A stretch of 64,000 nucleotides of DNA from Escherichia phage EcSzw_1. Where the stretch lies: sequence record MH791413.1; one strand, written 5' to 3'. Below the pieces are notes generated by a model that was given only the letters and a program-made list of their open reading frames with translations, did not search any database and had not been told where the DNA came from. This document shows, in pieces, positions 24,233 to 32,939 of this stretch. Positions within the stretch are counted from its first letter, which is position 1, and every line of letters begins with the position of its first letter. A program made the position numbers and the translations under genes.

Positions 24233-25305
24233 TAAGGAACCTCTAAATATCCTGAGTTTAAATCATCTACAACGGTATTCAACAAGTACGCACCGTTTTG
24301 CTGTTCTTGGTTAGCATTCTGCTCTTTATCAATTTCCATCTTCTTAATCATGTATTTCAAAGGTGGTTCTTTAGGAGCTACGAAGTCTCTTGGAATACCA
24401 AACATATCATACAATGGTGCAGCGTTATAGTAAACCCACTCATGCAGAAGTTTTGTATTCAAACCAACTACGGCACGACCTTCAGAGAAAATATAATAAG
24501 ACCATTTCTCTTCACTTTCAACCACTTCATCAAGAATTACTTTGATTTCTGGAAGAACCTGACGGAAAGCTTCTTGCCACTCTTCATCTTTCAAAGTTTC
24601 TTTCAGTGCTTCAATGTCAATCTTCGTGTGAAGGATTTCATCAAGCATAATTTTCTGTACTGCCTGAGCAATACCTTGGAACTTATCTTGTGCATCAAGT
24701 GCAAAGGTACATGCAAAGGATGCCATAAAGGATACGCCTTCCAAGGCTGTTACTGCAAAGAGACCTTTCAAAATCACTTTGTGGAAGTGTAAAGGGTCTT
24801 TCTCAAGCAGTGAATCACGAACATAGCCTAAGCGATAGTTGATACCTTCGTCAAGTAGTTCTTCCAGTGCTCTGTTCACAGTCTTCAGACGGTCTTGCAC
24901 AGCAGCATTCTGGTTAATCTCATCAAGGATTGTTTCAGGATTCTTAATACACTGACGAACAATCTCTGAATAAGTCAAGGCATGAAGGTTCTCAATTTCA
25001 GATTGCTTCATAATTGCCGTTGCGTAGATATCATCAGAGATGAATGGTGCAAAAGCAAATGCCAAGCTCTTAGCAACCTGTGTATCAGCTTCCCACTGCC
25101 ACTTAAGAATCTCAAGCATTACACCAGACATGGATTCTGGAACACTTTCAAAGTCTAATCGTGACTGCTCAAATGGGAACTCATCTTCAGACCAGTCTTG
25201 TGCTTTCTGCTGTTTGTACAGTTCAAAGATTTTTGGATAGTGTTTGTTGAGTGAGTCAAAAGTTTTTCGCTCACCACCTAAAAAGATTGGATGTTGGTTA
25301 ATCAT
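24232..25305 (-). CDS. nrdB: Ribonucleotide reductase small (beta) subunit, class I
   Basis: 357 aa, immediately downstream of nrdA; assignment by size and synteny with limited motif confirmation. Confidence 0.65.
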   Translation of the reverse strand: MINQHPIFLGGERKTFDSLNKHYPKIFELYKQQKAQDWSEDEFPFEQSRLDFESVPESMSGVMLEILKWQWEADTQVAKSLAFAFAPFISDDIYATAIMKQSEIENLHALTYSEIVRQCIKNPETILDEINQNAAVQDRLKTVNRALEELLDEGINYRLGYVRDSLLEKDPLHFHKVILKGLFAVTALEGVSFMASFACTFALDAQDKFQGIAQAVQKIMLDEILHTKIDIEALKETLKDEEWQEAFRQVLPEIKVILDEVVESEEKWSYYIFSEGRAVVGLNTKLLHEWVYYNAAPLYDMFGIPRDFVAPKEPPLKYMIKKMEIDKEQNANQEQQNGAYLLNTVVDDLNSGYLEVP

Positions 25306-25577
25306 AATGGTAGGTTTCCTGTTTCATAAAATTCTCTGGCTTCTGATGCTGTTAAAACTTGCCAACGGTCAACTTTAAACATATCAAGAGACCTTGCATA
25401 AGTGTTGCTTGGGTTAAAGCAATCAATGTAACGAAGATGCTCTTTCCAAGAACCATCTGGCATTTTAACTTTCAAGTGATGGTCTGCAATATAATATAAA
25501 GACTCTCTTGGTATATAATACAGATACAAAGCACAGTTTGGTTCTCTGTTTCTTGCATCTTGAATGAGTTCTAACAT
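25302..25577 (-). CDS. Hypothetical protein (91 aa) between nrdA and nrdB
   Basis: ORF in track; overlaps nrdB start. Confidence 0.4.
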   Translation of the reverse strand: MLELIQDARNREPNCALYLYYIPRESLYYIADHHLKVKMPDGSWKEHLRYIDCFNPSNTYARSLDMFKVDRWQVLTASEAREFYETGNLPL

Positions 25578-25585
25578 GGTTTCTC

Positions 25586-25607
25586 CAAAAGGGGCTTTGC
25601 AGCCCCC
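25586..25607 (-). terminator. Hairpin/terminator downstream of nrdA
   Basis: GGGGCT-TTGC-AGCCCC at 25591-25606 with AAAA on plus (UUUU on minus). Confidence 0.45.
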
Positions 25608-25614
25608 TGTTTAG

Positions 25615-27849
25615 TTAAACTCCACAACCTTCACAGTAAGCATCTTGAAGTGCTGACTTACCAACACCAATACGACTGTTAAGGTAGTACATAGTTTTCA
25701 TACCAACTGAGTTAGCATAAATCATGTACTTCAAAGCTTGCTCTAATGATACCTTTTTCGATTTTGAATAGTCAACATAGAAATCTGAAGAGATAGCTTG
25801 ACCAGTGAATTTTTGAACAATTGCATAGCAATCAATCATGTCAAAGGTGTCAATATCCCAAGCAATTTCATAGACATACTTCAATTCTTCGTAATCTGGA
25901 ACGATGAACAGGACGTTACCAGTAGCTGACTTCTTGGTTAAGATGAAGTCACGAATTGGGTACAATCCGTTTGTCGTATTAGTTGCCAGTGAAGAACTCT
26001 CGTTAGGCATGTAAGCCTCAAGTACAGAGTTTCTAATACCACTGTTTGCTTTAATACGGTCTGCTAAGTCATCCCAATCATAACGAAGTTTTGCATCGTG
26101 TTTTGTATCAATCTTCCTGTTAGCTGTCTTCGGAGGAACCCAACCTTCAGGATACTTGGTGAACTTCATATATTCAGGTACACCACGTTCTTTTGCAAGT
26201 CTTAATGAAGCCTCATGCAGATAGTAAGAGTGCATCTCTGCGAGTTCATGTAGCTTCGTTTTACCTGCTCTTGAAGAGTAGTTCACGTAGTTCTTCGCAA
26301 GGTAATGAGCCACATTCGTAAGACCAATCCCAACAGAACGACGTTTCTGAACGTGGTTACGCATTGACGGATACGGATAGTCCATAAGGTCAATAACGGA
26401 GTCAACCATTGCAAGAGCATAATAAGCAACGTCAGCGTATTCATCTTCTGTGATTCTCCCTGCTACCAGACTAGCCAAGAAGCAAAGAGCAACTTCACCA
26501 TCTTCTTTAGGTGCTGTGTAACTGTAAAGGTCACGTTCATCTTCGAATCCGTGAACTGGCAATACAATTTCCATACACAAGTTAGACATTTTCAAAGGTT
26601 CTTTAAACGGCGTGTGAGTGTTAGCATTGTTCGTAAAGAACGGGTACACACGGCCTGTAGCATAACGTTGCTGGATGAACAGCTTGGCAACTTCACGAGC
26701 CTTAACACGTTTATGCTTAACACCTGAATGAACTGCGTGACCAACTGCCATAGCAAACTCATCAGCAGATGCTGTGTAGAACATGTCATAAAGTTTTGGA
26801 GCGTCCTTGTAAGAGAACAGCAACCAATCTGTATCGTACTGCACACACTGCCAGAAATAGTCATTTGCACCAAATGAATAATCCATCTCATTAATACGCT
26901 TAGAAGGAACCGTTGTAGGGTGCTTCAAACGCAGTAAATCTTCAATCTGCGGGTCTATGGCAGTGTAGAAGTTGTTAGCTGAACCACCACGACTCTTCTG
27001 CTTATTGGCCTCTACAGCAGCACGTACAAGCTTGTAATAAGGTAGTTTACCCATGTGTTCAATGGTGTTTTGACGAATACCATCACCAATTGTACGGGTC
27101 TCCATCAGCATACCAATGCCAGCTTGCTTCGTGGTCATATCATAAGCTACCTTAGTAGCAATGCCAAGAGACTCAGCAGTATCATTAGCTTTGATTAAGC
27201 AGCATGACGCATAACCTGACTTAGTAGCACGTAAACCATTCAGATAAGGCGTAGGAGCGTTAATCTTCAGGTCAGACAGGTAAGTGTACAGTTTGATAAC
27301 ATCTTCCAGTCTACGGTGCTTAGGTTGTCTCTCAAAGGCTTTCATAGCCATACCCATAAACATAAATTGTGGAGACTCAAACAGACGACCTGACTTGATA
27401 TCTCGGATACCGTATTTGTCACGGAACTGTTTCAGTACTGCATAACCGTAAGAGATATCTTTTGAGTGAACAATGTGACCTTGTAAATAGTCAATCTCTT
27501 GTTCAGTGTAATCCATGTGTTCCCACAAACCCATCTGCTCCATTTTCATAACGAAGTTAAACAGTTGAGGAACTTTTGTGAAACCACCAAAGGCTTCTTT
27601 GTAGATGATGCCAAGAAGTAATCGACCAGCCATATCAGAGTATTCTTGAGTCTGCTTATCAATACAAACGTCAATCATAGCTTGGTGCATCTCTTTGGTA
27701 GAGCAACCTTCATAGACACGCTTCATAGCTTCCATAGTTACTTCTGACCAAATGATTCCTCGTTTGTCAGCCCATGAAGCCCATTTGTTTAAACGTTCTG
27801 GTTCGAATGGTACGATTGTACCGTCAGATTTGCGAATGGTCTTAATCAT
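25615..27849 (-). CDS. nrdA: Ribonucleotide reductase large (alpha) subunit, class I
   Basis: 744 aa; N-terminal ATP-cone-like MIKTIRKSDGTIVPFEPERL; C-terminal Cys pair CEGCG. Confidence 0.8.
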   Translation of the reverse strand: MIKTIRKSDGTIVPFEPERLNKWASWADKRGIIWSEVTMEAMKRVYEGCSTKEMHQAMIDVCIDKQTQEYSDMAGRLLLGIIYKEAFGGFTKVPQLFNFVMKMEQMGLWEHMDYTEQEIDYLQGHIVHSKDISYGYAVLKQFRDKYGIRDIKSGRLFESPQFMFMGMAMKAFERQPKHRRLEDVIKLYTYLSDLKINAPTPYLNGLRATKSGYASCCLIKANDTAESLGIATKVAYDMTTKQAGIGMLMETRTIGDGIRQNTIEHMGKLPYYKLVRAAVEANKQKSRGGSANNFYTAIDPQIEDLLRLKHPTTVPSKRINEMDYSFGANDYFWQCVQYDTDWLLFSYKDAPKLYDMFYTASADEFAMAVGHAVHSGVKHKRVKAREVAKLFIQQRYATGRVYPFFTNNANTHTPFKEPLKMSNLCMEIVLPVHGFEDERDLYSYTAPKEDGEVALCFLASLVAGRITEDEYADVAYYALAMVDSVIDLMDYPYPSMRNHVQKRRSVGIGLTNVAHYLAKNYVNYSSRAGKTKLHELAEMHSYYLHEASLRLAKERGVPEYMKFTKYPEGWVPPKTANRKIDTKHDAKLRYDWDDLADRIKANSGIRNSVLEAYMPNESSSLATNTTNGLYPIRDFILTKKSATGNVLFIVPDYEELKYVYEIAWDIDTFDMIDCYAIVQKFTGQAISSDFYVDYSKSKKVSLEQALKYMIYANSVGMKTMYYLNSRIGVGKSALQDAYCEGCGV

Positions 27850-27869
27850 TATTTTAGAGTCCTACAGGT

Positions 27870-27894
27870 GAAAAAGGGTCTCCGAAGAGACCCC
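27870..27894 (-). terminator. Rho-independent terminator upstream of nrdA
   Basis: GGGTCTC-CGAA-GAGACCC at 27876-27893 with A-tract on plus. Confidence 0.55.
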
Positions 27895-27901
27895 TTAGAG
27901 A

Positions 27902-28237
27902 TTAAATGCTAAAGATTTGTTTATTTTGCCAAAGTTCATAGAACTTGTTAGAAACCTTAGTCAGTGAAGCTTTTGACATTGCGTTGCAGTACCACCAACG
28001 TTTAGTTTCATCAAACAGTTTTTCAAGGTCTTCGTGCAGGTTGTCTTCCATTCGTGAAATAACAAAGTTACCACGCTTCTTACCAGTAACACGACCAAAC
28101 TTGATATCACTTCGTCCTTTACAATCTTCTGTGTACATCACTATGTCACCGAACCGTAAAGGTTTGCCAAACTTATCTACTCCAAGTTCAACGCCAGCTT
28201 TTACATCTTCAATTGTAAGCTTGTTTGCTTTAGACAT
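27902..28237 (-). CDS. Hypothetical protein (111 aa)
   Basis: ORF in track. Confidence 0.45.
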   Translation of the reverse strand: MSKANKLTIEDVKAGVELGVDKFGKPLRFGDIVMYTEDCKGRSDIKFGRVTGKKRGNFVISRMEDNLHEDLEKLFDETKRWWYCNAMSKASLTKVSNKFYELWQNKQIFSI

Positions 28238-28562
28238 GATATTTATCCAAGTTTCGTTTCAGGTAAAGCCACCCATCATCAGTGCGTTCAACACCCATGA
28301 ACAGTGGAGCCGTTACAACCTTTCCAAACGTATTACGATGCTGACAAATCTCATAAGAATACGTTTTCTCAATGTCCAGGCCATATTTGAAAAGAACTGC
28401 TTTCAAGACCTGTTCATTATCCAGTAAAGTTTCTGGTGTCTCTCCATATTTTGCTAACAGTGAATCACTCATAAACACTGTCATAGAGAGATTATAGTTT
28501 GAGAAATGGCTCTTTGGAGCCACCTCTTCAGTATTAATGTTCTGTGAATCCATTATAACCAA
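28230..28562 (-). CDS. Hypothetical protein (110 aa)
   Basis: ORF in track. Confidence 0.45.
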   Translation of the reverse strand: MVIMDSQNINTEEVAPKSHFSNYNLSMTVFMSDSLLAKYGETPETLLDNEQVLKAVLFKYGLDIEKTYSYEICQHRNTFGKVVTAPLFMGVERTDDGWLYLKRNLDKYHV

Positions 28563-29289
28563 CCCCTTTTAACCAATTCTTCAGGTTATTTGCATCATAG
28601 TTCAGTTTCGGGTATGAGGTCACATGGAACTTCTCACCGTCATAGTAAACAATATCTGCAAGCCATAATCCGTTTTCTCGGCAGAAGTCTTTGTCTGCTT
28701 TTGAACTGATTGGTCGAACTTCTGTGAAGTCACTCAATCCAAGGTCTTTCAAACTTCCTACAAGACCTTTACAGATAACGCATGTGTCAGATGTTACCAC
28801 GAATAATTCTTTGCTTTCAAGTTCCGCAATGAACTCTGCAAGCTGTACTTTAGGAAGATTAGACTGCTTCATAACCTTCTTATCAGACTCACGGATAATG
28901 GCGTACCATTCTTTTCCATCAATCATTGAGGCACGTACATGACATTCATCACCAGTATACTTCTCGATATCTGCAAGACGCTTCAAAGCTTCTTCGTAGT
29001 TATCGGTATACTTCAGGTTGTTATTCTCACAGACTGCTTTCATAGCTCCGTCATGGTCATGCTGTGAAAGGTAAATCAGTCCATCAAGAACATACTGTAA
29101 ATCCGCCTGAGCATCAAGAGCCTCAATAGGGTCTTTTTCATCAACAGCTTTTAAAAGCTCTTTGGCCTCTTCTAACATACAAAGTGCTTGGCTACGCATT
29201 GAAGACCAGTACTCAGGTGTATAAGGAGTCAACGGGGTTTTACCACAACGCTGATTCCAAGTTAAAACGGATTCTCTGGAATTAAACAT
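28534..29289 (-). CDS. Two-domain protein: possible MazG-like NTP pyrophosphohydrolase N-domain and CxxC-containing C-domain
   Basis: EEAKELLKA … EALDAQADLQYVLDGL resembles the MazG EExxE…D motif pattern; CVICKG later; tentative. Confidence 0.3.
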   Translation of the reverse strand: MFNSRESVLTWNQRCGKTPLTPYTPEYWSSMRSQALCMLEEAKELLKAVDEKDPIEALDAQADLQYVLDGLIYLSQHDHDGAMKAVCENNNLKYTDNYEEALKRLADIEKYTGDECHVRASMIDGKEWYAIIRESDKKVMKQSNLPKVQLAEFIAELESKELFVVTSDTCVICKGLVGSLKDLGLSDFTEVRPISSKADKDFCRENGLWLADIVYYDGEKFHVTSYPKLNYDANNLKNWLKGVGYNGFTEH

Positions 29290-29516
29290 TAAACCTCCTG
29301 AAACAGTTTCTGCTGAGACTCAATATAATCCAGTCGGCCTTTCAGTTCAACACGTTTGTTAATCAGGTGCTGAATCTGGGACTCAAGAGCCTCCATTTCG
29401 GACTCCGTAGCTTCTTTAGCTTTGACAATTGCATCTTTCAGTGCTGCAATGTGACTGTCAATCTTAGCTACGTGGTCATTATTAATTTTGTTAAATATCA
29501 TCTTATTCTCTCTCAT
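29289..29516 (-). CDS. Small coiled-coil protein (75 aa)
   Basis: Heptad-like charged sequence; ORF in track. Confidence 0.4.
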   Translation of the reverse strand: MRENKMIFNKINNDHVAKIDSHIAALKDAIVKAKEATESEMEALESQIQHLINKRVELKGRLDYIESQQKLFQEV

Positions 29517-30003
29517 TAAGTTTCATGATTTTATGGATTCTCTTCTCAGCATCTTCATAAGTCTCTTTAGTCAGAAACTTGATTGCTGCAATGTTTGCAT
29601 TGTAGAAGAGTCGAAGCTTGGAGTCAATCCTTTTTGTCATGACGTCAAACTTATGTTGAAGGTTAGCTTCTCCGTAGACCAACCCACCTCGCGTATAATA
29701 AGTTTGCACAATATAGAAGTCAAACTCTTTTTCACCGAAAGTTTCAATATCTTTCTTAATGTACTCAGAAGAGGTCTGGTAAACCTTCCAGTCACTCTCT
29801 TTTGTCACAATCTTACGTCTGGTCTTTCCAGCTACTTTCTTCTTGGTGACATTGTTAAACTGCTTCTTACCCAAATAGTACTGTCCAGTCTTTTTGCAGT
29901 ACACTAAGTAGACAAACCCAAAGTATTTAGTTGGGTCAATTTCTCCACAAAGTGAAATCCAATGTCCATATTCAGGGCAATTACCAAAACCTTTAATCTT
30001 CAT
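29503..30003 (-). CDS. Putative GIY-YIG-like endonuclease
   Basis: FGFVYLVYCKKTGQYYLGKK fits the GIY-(10-11 aa)-YIG spacing; basic region follows; tentative. Confidence 0.3.
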   Translation of the reverse strand: MKIKGFGNCPEYGHWISLCGEIDPTKYFGFVYLVYCKKTGQYYLGKKQFNNVTKKKVAGKTRRKIVTKESDWKVYQTSSEYIKKDIETFGEKEFDFYIVQTYYTRGGLVYGEANLQHKFDVMTKRIDSKLRLFYNANIAAIKFLTKETYEDAEKRIHKIMKLNERE

Positions 30004-30500
30004 TCATAAGTTTCTCCATGATTTGTGAACTCTCTATGAAGTTCTTCTCTTTTCTTTCTGACTGCTTCTGCTGCATCAGTAATATTTTCAAAGACCCCTA
30101 AATGATAGCACACCTTTAGGTGTTTGACTTGAGCAACCCACTTTCCAGTATGCTTGTGGAAATAGACACCCTTAATCCCAGATTTATTATCTTTCCTTTT
30201 TGCAGCATTACAATTATTTTGTGACCTGCTGCAAGCCCTGAGATTGCCAAACCAGTTTTCATCCCTTACACCATTACGATGGTCAACATATTTAGGGATG
30301 TAACCAAGCATATACAAGAAAGCAAGCCTGTGTGCTGCATAACACTTACTAAATAACTTTATGTACACATATCCAGAGTGGTGTTTTACCCCAGCTACAG
30401 AGCCAGCCTTTACTTTGCTTGACCTATCCACAATCCAAGTAAAGACCCCTGTTTCGGGGTCATAGTTTAGATATTCTTTAAGAGTTTGCTGAGTCAACAT
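30000..30500 (-). CDS. HNH homing endonuclease with AP2 DNA-binding domain
   Basis: HNH motif AHRLAFLYMLGYIPKYVDHRNGVRDENWFGNLR; AP2-like SGIKGVYFHKHTGKWVAQV; track start is upstream, a later ATG chosen to limit overlap with rnh. Confidence 0.65.
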   Translation of the reverse strand: MLTQQTLKEYLNYDPETGVFTWIVDRSSKVKAGSVAGVKHHSGYVYIKLFSKCYAAHRLAFLYMLGYIPKYVDHRNGVRDENWFGNLRACSRSQNNCNAAKRKDNKSGIKGVYFHKHTGKWVAQVKHLKVCYHLGVFENITDAAEAVRKKREELHREFTNHGETYE

Positions 30501-31524
30501 TTGGAGTCCACCCATACTTCTCAAACGTAAAGTCGTCTTTCTTATTTCTTTCTTGATAAGCTAAGAAGAAATGCTGCTTCATCAACTCTAAAGGTGTTCT
30601 GGTGATTGTTTGACCATCCCATGATACATATGTATATGAATCTTTCTTAGCATACAACTCGTATATTGCATCAAGACACTCTTTGTATGTTGTCTTACCC
30701 TCTAAGGCTTTCATGACAGCAACTTTGCCAACACCCTTTAGTCCAAAGTAGTTGTCTGCTACATCACCTGCTACAGCTTGATAGCAGAGAAATTTAAAAC
30801 CTACTCCAACAGTCTTTTTAGCTTTCGGCTTAGACTTGATAGGGCAATCCCAAATATCACCTACGTTACCGTCTGCAATGAAAATCAGAGGGGCTTTCTC
30901 GTAAGTCATATCAATACAGTAAGTTCCTTCCGCTTGGCGAAGGTCTTTATCAATGCTCATAAGAGCAGCCTTCTTACCCATCTTCTCAGCTTTTGCAATA
31001 ACGATTGAGTCAGCTTCAAACCCATTAAGTAAGAGCTTAAACTCAGGTCGTGACAGAAGATACTCACGACAAGCAACTAAATGTGTAGGGGTTACTGATT
31101 CTTTACGGTTACCTTGATACTGGTGTTCAAGACCTTTAATGTCTTTGTGTTTGTGTACACCTTTCTCTGTGAGGTATCCCATCCAAGTTCGTTCTTTACC
31201 AACAACCTTCAACCATTCCTGAAGAACTTGTTGAGTTGCCATAATAGCTTCTTTTTCACTCTTGGCTTCTTTCCAAGATTGTCTTTCCCATTCATCTTCA
31301 TCGAATGCAAGGCCAAGTTCCTCTGTCAGAACTCTCTGGTCAGATAACCATTGATTAGCATCTTTAGCACTCTCAAAAGCATCAGACTCTTCAGCAGTGA
31401 GTTTATTCACATACTTGTACTTTGCTTTCTCAACGACACAGGCTCCCTTGTAAGCGATACTGTCAGAGTCAATAAAGACATGTGTCACAGTATCTGGGAG
31501 TTTTGTTAATGTGTACTTTTCCAT
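30478..31524 (-). CDS. rnh: RNase H / 5'-3' flap exonuclease (T4 rnh-like)
   Basis: N-terminal VFIDSDSIAYKGACV and GFEADSIVIAKAEKMG … SIDKDLRQ resemble T4 RNase H acidic-cluster motifs; track start is a TTG at 31536; ATG at 31522-31524 with SD GGAG chosen. Confidence 0.6.
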   Translation of the reverse strand: MEKYTLTKLPDTVTHVFIDSDSIAYKGACVVEKAKYKYVNKLTAEESDAFESAKDANQWLSDQRVLTEELGLAFDEDEWERQSWKEAKSEKEAIMATQQVLQEWLKVVGKERTWMGYLTEKGVHKHKDIKGLEHQYQGNRKESVTPTHLVACREYLLSRPEFKLLLNGFEADSIVIAKAEKMGKKAALMSIDKDLRQAEGTYCIDMTYEKAPLIFIADGNVGDIWDCPIKSKPKAKKTVGVGFKFLCYQAVAGDVADNYFGLKGVGKVAVMKALEGKTTYKECLDAIYELYAKKDSYTYVSWDGQTITRTPLELMKQHFFLAYQERNKKDDFTFEKYGWTPNVDSANS

Positions 31525-31537
31525 TTGTATCTCCAAT

Positions 31538-31569
31538 ACGAAAAAGCCCCATACTAAGTACAGGGCTTT
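31538..31569 (-). terminator. Terminator-like hairpin between SSB-like gene and rnh
   Basis: AAGCCC / GGGCTT arms around a 13-nt loop, preceded on plus by ACGAAAAAG (U-tract on minus). Confidence 0.4.
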
Positions 31570-31586
31570 GTAGTAACTACTGAGAA

Positions 31587-32438
31587 TTAATCTTCAGTAT
31601 CGAAATCTTCTTCGTCGTCGTCATCTGGGTCTGGCATATCATCGTCGTCATCGTCAGAGTTTGTATCTTCAGAATCCTTCGCATCTTCTTCGGTGATTTC
31701 ACCGTTATCTTCAACGCCATCCAGACCAAGCAGAGCCAGTTCATCTTCATCAAGTTCAGGCTCACCGTTACCACCTGTACCACCAGTGTACGGAACCAGA
31801 GTATCAATGATAAACTGTTCCTGAATCGGCTTAGTCAGAACGTTGCTTTCAAAAGTGTAGAAGTGAGTTGCAAGAATCACACTACCAAATGAACCGTTAC
31901 CGACTGCGATATCTGGGTGAATAACATCATAAGTTTTGTCGTCATCGTGTTTGTCAGAATGTTGAGCCTTGATTTTCTTCATCGGCTGTTTAACTGCAAC
32001 ACGCTTACCGTTAACTTCTTCAATCAGCATAACAGGGAATGACTGTTTCGCTGTCCAGACTGCACCATCTTTATAAGCAGCAGCACGACTTACTTTCAGA
32101 ATGTGATAAGTGTCTGCTTCGAATGGTGGTTTGCAACCAAACTTCTCTTCGAAGTCATCTGCATCAACTGCTTCAGTTGTAACCTTATCCCAACCGTCAG
32201 GATTCTTTTTAGACTTGGTGAACTCTTTGAAGAGTTTGTTACCGTCTTTTGCCAGAATCGAAACGCTGTAGTTGCAGTCCTTGCCTGGGAATTTCTTATC
32301 AACTGACTTACCTTTTCCCGGACGTGGGATAGTATTCAGGTAGTAGAACCAAACATCTTTCAGCAAATAACGCAGAGTCTGACGTTCAGTACCGTTGTAT
32401 TTTTCTACCGGAGATTTCATTTTAACAACTTTAGACAT
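31587..32438 (-). CDS. Single-stranded DNA-binding protein-like (acidic C-terminal tail)
   Basis: Highly acidic C-terminus DDDDDDMPDPDDDDEEDFDTED; position beside primase-helicase and rnh; start set to ATG 32436-32438 with SD AGAGGA. Confidence 0.45.
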   Translation of the reverse strand: MSKVVKMKSPVEKYNGTERQTLRYLLKDVWFYYLNTIPRPGKGKSVDKKFPGKDCNYSVSILAKDGNKLFKEFTKSKKNPDGWDKVTTEAVDADDFEEKFGCKPPFEADTYHILKVSRAAAYKDGAVWTAKQSFPVMLIEEVNGKRVAVKQPMKKIKAQHSDKHDDDKTYDVIHPDIAVGNGSFGSVILATHFYTFESNVLTKPIQEQFIIDTLVPYTGGTGGNGEPELDEDELALLGLDGVEDNGEITEEDAKDSEDTNSDDDDDDMPDPDDDDEEDFDTED

Positions 32439-32488
32439 TCTTAAATCCTCTTTCTCAAAATTATTTCTTTCAAACTTGAAGGAGTACA

Positions 32489-32517
32489 ATCTTACAGACT
32501 TCATACTCCCTTGTCAA
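32489..32517 (-). promoter_or_regulatory. Sigma70-like promoter upstream of the SSB-like gene
   Basis: Minus strand TTGACA (plus 32512-32517), 17-nt spacer, TAAGAT (plus 32489-32494). Confidence 0.5.
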
Positions 32518-32523
32518 ACACTT

Positions 32524-32661
32524 TTAAGCAGATTTTTTAGCTGCTTTACGTGCTGTCTTACCAGTGCGAACACGTTTTGCTTCGTAGTGTGCAGCAGATT
32601 TACCAGCAGTTGCTTTCAGTGAATCGCCAAATACTTTTTCAAACGCTTTAGAATGTTTCAT
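32524..32661 (-). CDS. Small basic Lys/Ala-rich protein (45 aa), not in ORF track
   Basis: Hand-translated MKHSKAFEKVFGDSLKATAGKSAAHYEAKRVRTGKTARKAAKKSA; ATG 32659-32661 overlaps stop of upstream gene (ATGA); SD GGAGAG. Confidence 0.4.
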   Translation of the reverse strand: MKHSKAFEKVFGDSLKATAGKSAAHYEAKRVRTGKTARKAAKKSA

Positions 32662-32939
32662 ACAACTCTCCGATAAATTTCGTATTCAAATGTTTTGTCA
32701 GTCAACTTAAACATATATCCAGTATCATTGTCAACAGAAACTAAGATTCCATCAAGGCCAATCTCAAGCTCTCTGTGCTCTAACTCAACCGTATGCCCTT
32801 CGTTGATGAGTACTTTACAGAAATCGTCTATACGAGTCAAGCACTCTTTTTTAAATTCTACTGAATTTGTTTCTTCATAGAAGGGCGTAAAGCCCTCCTT
32901 AAGATACGCATCAGTCAGTTTCAAAAGGGCAGTCATCAT
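32658..32939 (-). CDS. Hypothetical protein (93 aa)
   Basis: ORF in track. Confidence 0.45.
   Translation of the reverse strand: MMTALLKLTDAYLKEGFTPFYEETNSVEFKKECLTRIDDFCKVLINEGHTVELEHRELEIGLDGILVSVDNDTGYMFKLTDKTFEYEIYRRVV

Noticed and set aside
24298-24792. 164-aa plus-strand ORF
   Set aside because: Antisense inside nrdB; shadow ORF.
26592-26891. 99-aa minus-strand ORF in an alternative frame
   Set aside because: Embedded out of frame within nrdA; no independent support.
26535-27810. tRNA genes (searched for T-arm-like GGTTCGAATCC strings)
   Set aside because: The only similar strings (near 26535 and 27796) lie inside the nrdA coding sequence with no cloverleaf context; non-coding gaps are too short or repeat-filled; no tRNA called.
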